Positions 11,935 through 23,973 of a stretch of DNA of 64,000 bases are shown here, piece by piece. The stretch is taken from assembly GCF_006345805.1 (NCBI RefSeq), contig NC_043000.1, positions 130,262,001-130,326,000 on the forward strand, in the 5' to 3' direction. This stretch comes from Octopus sinensis. Taxonomy: Eukaryota. The notes under the pieces were generated by a model that saw only the letters and a program-made list of their open reading frames with translations, ran no database searches and was not told the origin of the DNA. How positions within the stretch are numbered: position 1 is the stretch's first letter; every line of letters starts with the position of its first letter. The position numbers and the translations under genes were made by a program.

Positions 11935-12525
11935 AAGTTGGCTGCGTGGTAAGAATTATGCTTCCTAACCAAATGGTTTCTGGTTCAATTCTACTGCGTG
12001 GCATTAAGGGCCTATTACTATATATTTCTTTATTTTGCCCACAAGGGTCTAAACATAGAGAGGACAAACAAAGACAGACAAAGGGATTAAGTCGATTACA
12101 TCAACCCCAGTGCTTAACTGGTTCTTTATTTATCGACCCCGAAAGGATCAAAGGTAAAGTCGACCTCGGCGGAATTTGAACTCAGAAGTTAACGGCTAAG
12201 CATTTCGCCCGGCGCGCTAAAGTTTCTGCCAGCTCGCCGCCTACAACTATAGCCTCAGGACCAAAGCCCTGTGAGTGGATTTGGTAGATGGAAACTAAAA
12301 GAAGCCCACCGTGTGTGTGTGTAAGTGAGCGTGTCTTTGTGACCCCGCCAGAGCTTAACTAGTATTGGTGTGTTTTCCTCCCCGTAACGTCAAAATTGAC
12401 CTATAGTATAAGTACCGGACTTGAAAATTTAAGTACTGGGGTTGATTTGTTCGACTACATTTATTCCAGCGGTGCCCCAGCATGGCCACAGTCTAATGAC
12501 AGAAACAACTAAAAGAAAAAAAGAT
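11935..12525 (+). mobile_element. Old SINE A copy interrupted by a SINE B insertion
   Basis: A head at 11935-12020; the A body resumes at 12244 and runs to the tail gcggtgccccagcatggccacagtctaatgacagaaac. Confidence 0.8.
12024..12243 (-). mobile_element. SINE family B nested in SINE A
   Basis: Full B sequence, with an imperfect TSD cctattactata / cctacaactata. Confidence 0.9.
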
Positions 12526-13149
12526 AACCAATACAGTTCTGCTGCTACTGCTAGGCTTGAGCCAAGAGTTATGCCTCGGTGCCGTCGATAGATCTGTTTG
12601 AAGTAACAGCACGAACCCCTGCAAAATACTTTTTTTAAATGCTTTTATAAAGGAAGAACACATTGAGACTATACTTCTTGTTACATTTTATCGGAAATCT
12701 CTCCATAATCTAGAAATCTTTTGAGTATAATTGACACTGACTTAGATGAAGTACAACTACAGCAGCTTTGCATTAGCTACAAACATGAATCCTTCTATTA
12801 CAACTATCACCACTACCATGGTTTTTCCTATAAGTTCAAATCCAACAATTCTGAAAGGAATTTTTGGTCAATACTACCAACTCCAGTACCAGACGGGCAC
12901 TTTAGTTTATCGACGCTAGAGAAAACAAAGGTAAAGTTGCCTTCGGTGAGATTAGAACTCAGAATGTATAGAGCAAGAAGAAATATCACAATTCATTTTC
13001 TGTGACGCTTATTTACACTGTCTCTTACTTAAAATCAAACACATTAAAAGAAAAAAAACGAGGAGTGAGCTAAAGACGTTATACAATGAACGAACTAAAC
13101 ATTCAATAGACACTCAGATATAAAATTGAATTCAATAAATAGCACAACA

Positions 13150-13460
13150 TAAAATATTATTGGCACTCCGTTGGTTACGACGACGAGGATTCCAGTTGAT
13201 CTGATCGACGGAACAACTTGCTCGTGAAATTAACGTGCAAGTGGCTGAGCACTTCATAAACACGCGTACTCCTTAACGTAATTCTCAGGGAGATTCAGCG
13301 TGATACAGTGCCGGCTCTTTAAAACCCAAGTACTACTCATTTTTGCCAGCTGAGTGAACTGAAGCAATGGGAAATAAAGTATCTTACTCAAGTACACAAC
13401 ACCTCGCCAGGAATTGAACTCAAGACCTTCTGATCGTGAGCCGAATACCCCAACTACCAA
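13150..13460 (-). mobile_element. SINE family C, tail type C3
   Basis: C central domain (tactcatttttgccagctgagtgaactgaagcaa on the + strand) plus the C3 tail. Confidence 0.85.
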
Positions 13461-14524
13461 AAATATTGAAGTATATTTAGGGCTACCAACGCATAGAGAG
13501 GTAAAACCCATCAACTACATAAATCTAAATCAGCTTACTGGGACGCATGGAAATTGCTATTTTCGAAAGTGCTCGTAATTATTTTTGGTATTGGACTGAG
13601 CAGGATATTCTTCAGATCCAGTATGAAATTACTCAGTAAGTAGACTACACCTGTAATTTTTTAGAAGTCTCTTATTCGTATTGTCCATAAAATCGTAGTC
13701 AATTCCTTCCTCACTCAATACATTGCTATACCGTTTGTCTTCCTTCCGTTTGTTTAGTAATTCTATCAGTTCTTTGTATTGTGAAGAATTGACAGCATTA
13801 CCGTGGGGCTGACGGTCCAGTTTACCCTTTCTAATTTGCCCTTTTCTGTAATGTATTCTTTCTTTTTCCATATCTTTTACCTTTTCTTGTCCTTCCTGCA
13901 ATCTACAGCAAGCAACTTCTCCAACCTGCTTTACGTCTTTTCTTTAACGCAAGACAATGGGGTGGCGCTACTAGTTATGACCGGGAGAGGCGTTTTCGAT
14001 TCCTTGGAAGGTTCCGAGATCAAATCAGAAAACGTGGCAAAGGTGTTCTAGAAACAGCCCCATTTCTGGTGTTGCTTTCTTTATTTTCAATCTTTCGAGT
14101 TCTTCACAGAAAACTCGTAAGTGCCTTTCAGTTTTGCATGTCTTGCAACCAGTGAGATCTACTCGACCACATACCATCAAAAGGCACGACATGGACCACT
14201 TGCTCATATTTTGATTGAAAGCTATCTTCAGCCAGATGACAACGTTGTTAGCAGTGTTTTTTTTTTTAATTTGTCGCAAATGTTGTAGTTTCTTGTCATC
14301 AATTCCTTAATTTTAAAAATCAACATACACTGCTCTATATGTTCTTTCTTATCTGATGTAGTTCATTTTACGAATTATAAACAGGTAACAACGGCAGTTC
14401 TGTTGAAACTACAAGGAAAGATTTCTTAATGTACAGTTACGTTATCGTCCTTCTCTCTCAGGCATGTATGGTAGATTCTGGTTGAGAAGCACTTGTTTTT
14501 GTGACATAATGCCACTACACTGTA

Positions 14525-14940
14525 TTTCTTATTTCTTTACTGCCCACAAGGGGCTAAACATAGAGGGGACAAGCAAGGACAGACGAAGGGATAAAGTCGA
14601 TTACATCGACCCCAGTGCGTAACTGGTACTTAATTTATCGAACCCGAAAGGATGAAATGCAAAGTCGACCTCGGCGGAATTTGAACTCAGAACGTGACGG
14701 CAGACTAAATACCTATTTCTTTACTACCCACAAGGGGCTAAACACAGAGGGGACAAACAAGGACAGACAAACGGATAAAGTCGATTACATCGACCCTAGT
14801 GCGTAACTGGTACTTATTTAATCGATCCCGAAAGGATGAAAGACAAAGTCGACCTTGGCAGAATTTGAACACAGAACGTAGCGGCAGACGAAATACTGCT
14901 AAGCATTTCGCCCGGCATGCAAACGTTTCTGCCAGCTCGA
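14525..14940 (-). mobile_element. SINE family B head-to-tail dimer
   Basis: Two units (14525-14710 lacks the head; 14712-14940 is complete). Flanked by ataatgc(c/t)acta(c/t)actgtatttct at 14506-14529 and 14945-14968. Confidence 0.92.
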
Positions 14941-16427
14941 CTATATAATGCTACTATACTGTATTTCTGCCGTGTAAATTTTCTATGAGTACAGTCCGTC
15001 TACAGTAATATATGTTTGCAATAGTTAGCAGATGAGTTATTGATGTGCAGCCCCAGGTCAATTGTCTAGTTCCTCCTTGCAAATATATTTAGATCTGGAT
15101 TTCGTGTCCGATCACGTGCTAAGTATGATAGATAGTGTAACGCAGAGTATCCACCACAAAGACAAAATGGTATATTGCTGAAATATGGTGGATTCGCACC
15201 ATATATCTTTCGGTTTTAACGTATATCTATTTGTTGCTAGCATGCGTAACTATGTTTAAAAGGTCCATCTTATCTCCATAATTCGTTTGCCACATTAGAA
15301 GTGTTAATGATGTACCCGATTCATTACAGCGACACAAATGTCACTACGAAATGTATATTTATATTGTTAACCTTTGTAAATCTGCACTAATGGCTCGTGG
15401 AAGGTATTAAAGATATTCAAAGCTGCATTCCAGAATACATTTCTTTCAAGTTTCTATTCTCTAAAGTGCTTACTGTCAGATTGAAGATAAAATTATAACA
15501 TTTACCAGATTAAGTCTTCACTGAAGGAATTTATCCTCATCATATAAATTGGTAAATTAACTACTTCATGGGAAGAAGCATCCACATCAACGAGAAAAGT
15601 CAACAAGGGATCTTCTGTGCCATCACTTGATTTGCTAGAAATAAGAGCCTAGTTCTCTCAAATCACGCCCTGTAGTTTAAAAGAGGAAAATATAATGTTG
15701 TCCAAGAAAAGACAATGTAGTCCGGAGTATGTAAAATGACAGGATATTCACAACCGGAATATCTTTAAGAATAAGTTTATTTGATTAGAACCAATCTGGA
15801 GCAAAACAATGGCCATAATACTAAATAAAATGGGTAACTTAAAAAGTGTTTTAAGCCAAATTGTATCAGGAAGAACTCGATTAAGTCTGATCATCCAGAT
15901 GATGATTTATAGCAATAAAACCTCCATCAGGTAACACTCTGTTGCATTATAGATGAAAGCAGACGCGTGTGTGTATATCCATGGTAATACAATCCAGGAT
16001 ATATTATATCTTAAAAAATGGAAGGGATGGTTGTGGATTATCGTTTGATCACCCATCTGTCGAATCAAGCTAGGGCTGAGGGAAAACAGTAACTAAAAGA
16101 AAGATCTTGAAGTTAAAACTATTTTATATTGCATTCGTTTTATTCATACATACTTTTAATGATTTCAGATACTACGTCATCTTAATGTATAGGAAATTTA
16201 AAGAAGCAAGGGCGATCATTGCAACATTCTACGGTAGTTAATACTACTGAGTAGTTAATACTACTGAGTAGTACTGCAATGATGTGGTCTTCTATATGGA
16301 TATAGAGCCACAGGAGTGAGTGTGTTTAAAAACTGTATTATGATATGTAAACAAGTAACGAAAGATAGCTTCAGAAACCTGAAATCCTTTTTCAAGTACT
16401 CGGAAATTAGATGCGTCTAATAATCCT

Positions 16428-16558
16428 TTCTACTATAAGTACAAGGTCTCACATTTTGGGGGAGGGGCCAGCTAATTAGATCAACCCCATACGCAACTGG
16501 TACTTAATTTATCGACCCCGAAAGGATGAAAGGCGAAGTCGACCTCGGCAGAATTTAC
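16428..16558 (-). mobile_element. SINE B body with B2 tail
   Basis: Same structure as 3345-3480. Confidence 0.75.
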
Positions 16559-17070
16559 CCCAATATCTAACTGATGATGAAATGAACGCATAATGACAAA
16601 AAAGAGGTTTAGTGGACAACAGAAATTCACGAAAGCGTTAAAATTTGCACAGAGGTAAGTACTTAATATCTATCTTAGGGATGTCCCCCTCCTCTTCAAT
16701 CAGCAGCTTTTTTAATGCAGGGATGGAGTTGACCCGCACATTTTCACAAACAGTTTGTCGACTACAGCAACATCCTCGCACAAAGATACATCGATCATGC
16801 AAAAGCGTACAAATAATTCCTCAAATGTTGAATATTTAGTTTCTACAAGTTTAGATGTCTGTTATGAGATCTACTACATCTATAAATAAAGAATTATATT
16901 CAGTTAACTGTTCAACGATTTATTTCAACGATTTATTTCAAAATCAAAACGTATTTTTCCTCTCTTATAACTTCATTTCCAGTTATCCTCCTATGTGGTC
17001 GCTCGAATAGCTACGAATACCTACCAAATCTACCTCAAATCCCAATTCACTGTACAATAGTGATTCTACG

Positions 17071-17102
<32 letters not shown>

Positions 17103-17105
<3 letters not shown>

Positions 17106-17335
17106 TATGTGACAATTATTCGGTAGCTATGCTAAAACTCGGAGTTTTGGATGTCGGGGAGGAAACCCACGGCGTCATCTCTTCAGTTATCGGGCCATCG
17201 AAAAAAATGCTATGAAACTCTGAGTTTTATCATGGCAACCGAATAATTGTTACATATATTTACAGATAAATTCCTGTATTTACATAATATCGAGCTCTCT
17301 TTCATTCTTTTGTTGTCTTACCATTTCTATCAATA
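17103..17335. mobile_element. Hammerhead-bearing family H2, copy 2: inverted segment plus forward 3' segment, between (TA)n tracts
   Basis: 17105-17147 and 17215-17257 are ~43-bp imperfect inverted repeats. The minus strand carries gataa-CTGAAGA-gatg..catc-cAAAAc-tccgag-tt-ttagc. The plus strand from 17214 carries GAAACtctgagtt-ttatcatggc. Confidence 0.7.
17125..17197 (-). ncRNA. Type I hammerhead ribozyme-like motif (degenerate, GAAA>AAAA)
   Basis: CTGAAGA core (forward tcttcag, 17180-17186), stem II GATG/CATC, palindromic stem III ACTC-C-GAGT, GUU cleavage triplet, stem I GATAA/TTA(G)C. Confidence 0.55.
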
Positions 17336-18057
17336 TATATATATATATTAGACAAAAATGGAATGATTAAGGCTTGGTAGCTATCAACTGTAGGAGGAAT
17401 TTCGTAGTTCATAAATGATTTTGTATCTCTGTTTTTAGTTTCGTTTTAAAAATAAAATAATGATTTTAACACAGTCACTAAGCAACACATTTTGAAATAA
17501 GGATTTTGTCACTCCAATCATGTATAATATTTGGCGTGTATTTTATCGATGCCAGTGTGATTAGACCAAGCTGACCTCGACAAGATTTGAGATCAGTACA
17601 AAAAATAACATAACTGAAAACTTCACATTTTGTCGGCGCTCTTCCCATTTTGAAAACCGTCAGTCCAAATGACGAAATAAGGCTAATAATGAAGACACAA
17701 GGCAATATTTTGGAGGTAGAAACTGTTAATGAGATTAACCTCAAGATTTGATTAATAAAAAAAAAAAACTTACCTCAGTGGGATTTGAACTCAGAACGTT
17801 AAGAGGTATAATTTTAAACCCAGAAGGGATTTTGTTCCGCGCTATATTGATTCTCTTTCTTCAGTAGCGAAGAAAGATTATTAATTTATCTGTCACATGT
17901 CAGTAAGGGTTAATTATTTGGCATTTCGTAATTGAACTTAAAATTTATGAGATCACATGAACCAGATGAAATATAAAATTAAAGACCTTGTTAGAAATAT
18001 CATGAGAAATATAGTGAGAATCATGTAATATTCTGCTACATTTGCCTGTACATCATC

Positions 18058-18433
18058 TTTTAGCCTTTACTTGTTTCAGTCATTAGACTGTGGCTATGCT
18101 GGGGCACCGCTTCTAAGAATTTTCAATAGAAAGAATTGATACAAGAACTTACTTTTAAAGCCTGATACTTATTCTATCGGACTCTTTTGCGGGGCGGCTA
18201 AGTTACCGGGACATAAACACACCGACACCGGTTGTCAAGTGACAGTGGGGGACAAACACTGACATAAACACATTTTGCCCCAAATGAGAGAAATGAATAT
18301 CGGCGTGGTTGTGTGGCTTTGGTCAGCCTGAGGCTATAGTAGAAGACACTTGCCCAAGGTGCCGCGCAGTGGAATGAACGCGGAACCATGTGGTTGGTAA
18401 GCAAGCTACTTACCACACAGCTACTCCTGCGCT
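18058..18433 (-). mobile_element. SINE family A with an inverted ~50-bp insert replacing the mid-body
   Basis: Tail and head match family A. 18272-18322 is the reverse complement of ~18598-18650. Confidence 0.85.
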
Positions 18434-18487
18434 TTCTTAAATTTTTCATACGATTTTTATTTTATTTCTTCGTTATTTATGTCTTCG

Positions 18488-18543
<56 letters not shown>

Positions 18544-18736
18544 TGACAAGCGTCTTTCCGGTTCTGTCTATCCAATCCATTCACAAGGCGACACCTGCCA
18601 AAGTTCCACACAGCCACGCCGATATTCACTTCTCTCATTTGGAGCAAAATATGGAAGGTTAAATTAACACTGTTTCACCGGTGCTTTATTTTAACATCAG
18701 AAATATAAAGTTAAAATTGTCCTCAGTGGAATATTC

Positions 18737-19168
18737 TTTTACTCTTTTACTAGTTTCAGTCATTTGACTGCGGCCTTGCTGGAGCACCGTCTTTAGTCGA
18801 GAAAATCGACCCCAGGACTTATTCTTTGTAAGCCTAGTACTTATATCGCTCTCTTTTGCCGAACTGCTAAGTTACGGGGACGTAAACACACCAGCATCGG
18901 TTGACAAGCGATGTTGGGGGAAAAACACAGACACACAAACATATATACACATGCATATATATAAATATATATATATATATATACATACATACATACATAT
19001 ATACGATGGGTTTCTTTCAGTTTCCGTCTACCAAATCCACTCACAAGGTTTTGGTAGGCCCGAGGCTATAGTACAAGACACTTGCCCAAAGTGCCACACA
19101 GTGGGAATGAACCCGGAACCATGTGGTTGGTAAGCAAGCTACTTACCACACAGACACTTCTGCGCCTT
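18737..19168 (-). mobile_element. SINE family A, full length
   Basis: Matches the consensus from the (CTCTTTTA)n end to the head. Confidence 0.95.
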
Positions 19169-19939
19169 CTTAAATTTTTCATACGATTTTTATTTTATTT
19201 CTTCGTAATTGATGTTTCAGTCTTCGATAACAAACAAAAGTTAAATAGGTAACATATCTAAATCAGGAATAACATATCGATTTTCATGAGTTCGAAACCA
19301 CCTCAAAGACTCCATAGTGCTCACGTACAAGAGCCCTATATTGACGATCGACATATTTCAAGAAGCTGCTTATAGCAACAGTGCCAATACTTGAACACTG
19401 GGAGATTGCTGTTTGATAGCACTTGAAATATCAAATATATAAGAAAAATGATGTCAGCACAAATGTTCAAGCTCTCTGAAATAACATAATTAACGAGATG
19501 TTATGGTATTTTGTAAAGTCTGACAGACAGCAATGTAAACTAGTCATAATTTCTTAATGGCTTCCAGTTAAAGCAAGAATTAGAAATTAATGCACGTGTC
19601 CAGTTAGATATATTGTAAAGTATGTGTATGCTCTTTCTCTCTCTGTCATATAAAAATATATAAATATATATGTATTTGTGTGTGTGTGTGTGCGTATGTG
19701 TGTGTGCATTCTCGTGATATATCTGTATTATATACGAAATCAGAAATCAATAGAATAAATAAGTATATACGTATATATGTCTTTTTGCCTGTTGGTTTGT
19801 CCACTCCGACTGTGTGTTAGTCAGTCTGTATGTACGCATATACTTAAAATAACCATTAAAAATGTTCCAGTAGAGAGTGGAATTGACTCTTGTTTGCACA
19901 TTGGAAAGCGTACCTAAATTTTAATCTTTTACCTGAATG

Positions 19940-20748
19940 AAATGTTGATAGGATACTCTTGTCCAGAAAGTGCTGCAATCCACGGCTCAAAATCAGTGTG
20001 CCACCTGGGCATAGACATGAGTTGTAATGCATCTTTTCGGGTACATATTACTAAGTTGTCATTAAAATGCAAGCAGCTGGCCGGATTGATCCTTCGAAAT
20101 TTCAGGACAGGAGAACAAAAAACTATGATGGCCCATTAAGGACTTAAACTACTGCTTCCAGTTATGATCACCACACTGTGTAAAAGTTAACGGCAGAACT
20201 CGAAGCAATCCAGCAAAGCTACACAAAGATCGTCTCAACGCGACAGATCAGCTACTGAGAAAAGCTGGAAAAGTTAAGACTCTATTCCCTTGAACGAAGG
20301 CGGGAAAGATATGCAAGGATATACATCAGAAAAATCCTGGAAGGACTTGTGCCACACTTTGTCATTGAAAGTTACAGAATTACCAGAACGGGGTGCCACT
20401 GCATATTGCCAAAGTTTCTAACGTCGCCATCCAAGATAAAGGACCAGATATTGCAAGGGCTTGGGTTTCAGGAGCCCACAACCCTTCCATATCCTCTAAA
20501 AAGGCTTGAGAGACCTACACGGGGTGGATGTAAGTGACTTCAATAGAAAACACTGGTTCTCCTGTCAAGAAATCCTGATGAACCTACCTCTCGGCAAGAA
20601 ACAGCAATAAGGGTAGCAGTATCAAACTCCCTCATTCAGCAAGTAATTATCAGAGGAGGTTTTGAAGCAATGCAAGTGTAGCAAAGCTAACAGCGGTGTC
20701 CCAGCATGGTCGTAACTCTCGAGCAGAAACTAGTAAAAGAGTAAAAAG
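19940..20748 (+). mobile_element. CR1-group LINE 3' fragment, more decayed relative of 6715-7978
   Basis: Homologous at DNA and protein level (SVCHLGIDMSCNASF..KCKQLAGLILRNFRT). Ends cagcggtgtcccagcatggtcg...agaaactagtaaaagagtaaaa. Confidence 0.9.
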
Positions 20749-21437
20749 GTGTGCGTGTGTGTGAGTGTCTGAACTTGATTGTATCTGTGCTGGTAACATT
20801 AAATATATAGACAGGGGTCACAGTATTCCCACATTTGTTCCCTATTTATGTCTTCAATGAAATTGTATACTCAGCGAAACAAAAGTAGTGTGACTCAACA
20901 CTAAACATAATTCAGAATCTTGATCACATTTACTGCATTATGAACATGTGTCGAAATAGACAACACCGTATAAGTATTCAAATATTGTTTCCTTGTTCAG
21001 CAAAACAAGCATGATTGCTGATTGTGATAACTGTGGATGCATTTTGTCTCTGGGTACAGTTAATTTCAACTATTTGATCAAAGTATCATTAAAGAGAATC
21101 TATTAAAGACAGTTTGGCTTTACATGCGACTGCATCATGTTCAGATATAAAGCGTCATAGTGAGACAGAGCCAGAGGTAATTCATAAGAATAAAAGTTAG
21201 ACCTATACAATGTCTTTCTTTATTTGACACTATACTTTAACACTGTCAGTCAAGATTGCACTGAAGGTCATTCTTGAAAAACACTACGGCCCGAGAAACT
21301 CTACTTTTTCTTTGTTGGCGAATGACCCGACCACAGAAAATTAACAGAAAATCATCAGCACTTTTCGACATCTCCAACGGATAAAACAAAATTATAATCT
21401 TACTCCTAATACTTTTCGACCTCCTACTTCCGCTGTA

Positions 21438-21748
21438 TCAATATCTATAAAGATGAAATGCGAAAAAGTTGTTTAATTTCTTGGTTATTTGTCTCATTTT
21501 GGGATGGAAACGGTTTAAGGGGCGGTAGATGGGGTCAGATTGGCGCCAGGATATACACTGGGGGTAAAATAGGGTGGGCAATGGTGTAAGGAAGGTTGCA
21601 AGTCGCTCGGGGCTACCGTTTGGTTGCCATAGTGAGGGATATGGGAAAGGCAAAGAAGACGAAGAAAAGAAGAAAGAGAAAAGGAGGCAACACGCACAAA
21701 ACAAGACTACCACCCAAACCCGAGCGAAGCACGGGTCAAAATAACTAG
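21438..21748 (+). mobile_element. Non-autonomous Helitron-like element (~310 bp)
   Basis: 5' A|TC start (TCAATATCTATAAAGATGAAATG). 3' hairpin CCCGAGCGAAGCACGGG (21719-21735) lies 9 nt before CTAG|T (21745-21749). Confidence 0.72.
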
Positions 21749-22338
21749 TCTTTACTTATAAATTTCAAAATTTTGACCGAACATTAAATATGAGCCAAGA
21801 TAAAAACTTCCTAGTGATTCTACTTGGAAGATATCTTCTTGAAAATGATAGCGTCGTCTTGGCCAACGTACGGTATGACGTGTTGTTTGTCATGAAAAGA
21901 TTAGAAGAAAAATGCTGTTAATTGCCCTTGCAATGTGTCGTATCAAGATGTGTATTCTACAAGGTTTACAGTATTATTCAAAATTTACAAACTCTAATAC
22001 AAATAGTAAATTTTCAAATGCACATAAAGATATATAGTAAAATATGATGGTTCTTAAGATAACGTAAGTTTCACAATACGTTGAATGAAGGCCAGCAGAT
22101 GGACGACACAGTAGAAGATTGCCGAATCATAGTGGTATCATACTGGCAACAAAGCAACAATCCTTTAAAGTAATCAGAAAATCCTCAAAATTCTATGCAT
22201 ATGCAACAGGCTTGCTACAGAAAGAACAGTCAAGTTTGGGTATTTCGTATGCACTCGCTAAAATATTTGTGATACGAATTCAAAGGCAAGAGCTGACCGA
22301 GTTGAAAGTATTCACCTAACTCGTGTTTACAATCATAG

Positions 22339-22486
22339 GTGAAAGTTAAGCGTCGATGGACCGGCCAACTAATCCAAATAAATAAATCCTACTCATGGCA
22401 TCAGAATAACTGTGGTACTTTTTCCGATGCTGAAGAAGTGATACCAGAAATGGATAGCAGAACGGCTCCATATATCAGGAAAAAGA
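22339..22486 (+). CDS. Candidate internal exon (VKVKRRWTGQLIQINKSYSWHQNNCGTFSDAEEVIPEMDSRTAPYIRKK), product unknown
   Basis: AG at 22337-38, 148 nt fully open, donor GA|GTAAGA. Non-repetitive. No recognisable domain. Confidence 0.35.
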
Positions 22487-23135
22487 GTAAGATTTAATTA
22501 CAGAGGTCATTTTCATCTAGCATCGCGGTCCATGCAAGAAGTTCACTCAGTGGTTTTTGTGAACCAACCGCATCCGACTTACCTCTTTCGTCACCTATGA
22601 CGAGCCATACGCATTGCATACACACACACACCTATAAAATTTGCTCAGACAAATTCTTTATTACTTTATTGATATAACCTATAATTAATAAGATTTGAGA
22701 TTATATCGAGTCAATAAATATTATTGCAGCATTGAGCATGATCTGAAGTCTATATTGATGTGTTATCTTCCAATTTTCAGGTTATTAGTAAATATTTCTG
22801 GTGTAACAGTCTGCACCAGACTATAAGTAAATCTTATAAATATTATAATAATGCTTCAGTGAAGTTCTCTCATGGAAATTTTGTATCTGTTATCGAAGCT
22901 TAATTTATGTTGATGTTAGAATTATGACAATAATAAGTACAACAGACTAATGAACAGACAAACTTGTGGAAGAAAGACGAAACGCGTGCGTGAAACGATA
23001 TATTGAATGTACTGGAAATTATTTTCATATGTAACTATAGACTTTCAAGTTTGTTTGGATACAAATGCTCCTTTACATTCACTCAGCATATATCAAGAAA
23101 TAATAAATACTTTTACATGCGTACTTTCACTAAAT

Positions 23136-23649
23136 GTGGAAGCGCGTCGTTTAGTGGTTAGGGTATCAGGATCATGATCGTAAGATTGTGGTTTCGATTC
23201 CTGGACCGGGCGACGTGTTGTGTTCTTGAGCAAAACACTTCATTTCACGTTGTTCCAGTCCATTCAGCTGGCAAAAATGAGTAACGCTGTGATGGACTAG
23301 CATCCCGTCCAGCTGGGCAACACATACGCCATTGAAACCGGGAAACCGGGCCCATGAGCCTGGCTAGGCTTTAAAAAGGAGCATTTATTTGTGGAGGCGC
23401 GTGGCTTAGTGGTTAGGGTATCAGCACCATGATCGTAAGATTGTGGTTTCGATTCCTAAACTGGGCGAAGCGTTGTGTTCTTGAGCAAAACACTTCATTT
23501 CCCGTTGCTCTAGTCCACTAAGCTGGCAAAAATGAGTAACGCTGCGATGGACTGCCGTCCCGTCCAGCTGGGGAACACATTAGCCATTGAAACTCGGAAA
23601 CCAGGCCTATGAGCCTGGCTAGGCTTTAAATGGGCGCATTTATTTTATT
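23136..23649 (+). mobile_element. SINE family C tandem dimer (tail C1)
   Basis: Two ~255-bp units, each with a tRNA-like head (tagtggttagg..gtttcgattcc). A single 14-bp TSD TACTTTCACTAAAT lies at 23122-23135 and 23650-23663. Confidence 0.93.
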
Positions 23650-23973
23650 TACTTTCACTAAATACACATTTAGTCTAACTGTGTAAATAGAATACACGCT
23701 CTGATTAAACCCCAGGGGCTCTCTTTCAGAACAGAGAAGAGCTTAAGTAGACTAGTTTTTGTCAACTTATATCGAGGATCAACTCTGTTTTGATCGACAG
23801 GGAGAAAAAAGCTGCTGATGGCAACCTATCAAGATACTGTAGCATGGTTTTATCCCTCCACATCCATCAAAAGAAACAAATGTCAATGTATTAAACATTT
23901 CTAAGTTGTCTAAACCTTATCAATGGTCTACTTGAACCATTTCCTGCAAATTATTTGAATATGGTCATAACTA

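Noticed and set aside
14525-14940. Regularly repeated units here and at 44827-45430 and 34013-34072, resembling an array
   Set aside because: There are no unique spacers or cas genes; these are SINE multimers and a minisatellite, not CRISPR.
16169-16315. AG...GTGAGT-bounded segment containing a 17-bp duplication
   Set aside because: Stops in all frames, with or without the duplication.
22945-23000. GACGAAACGCGT, resembling a hammerhead 3' half
   Set aside because: No CUGANGA core or stem II upstream.
23136-23215. tRNA-like sequences at the heads of SINE A, B and C
   Set aside because: They are embedded in interspersed repeats and lack a complete cloverleaf, so they are SINE heads rather than tRNA genes.
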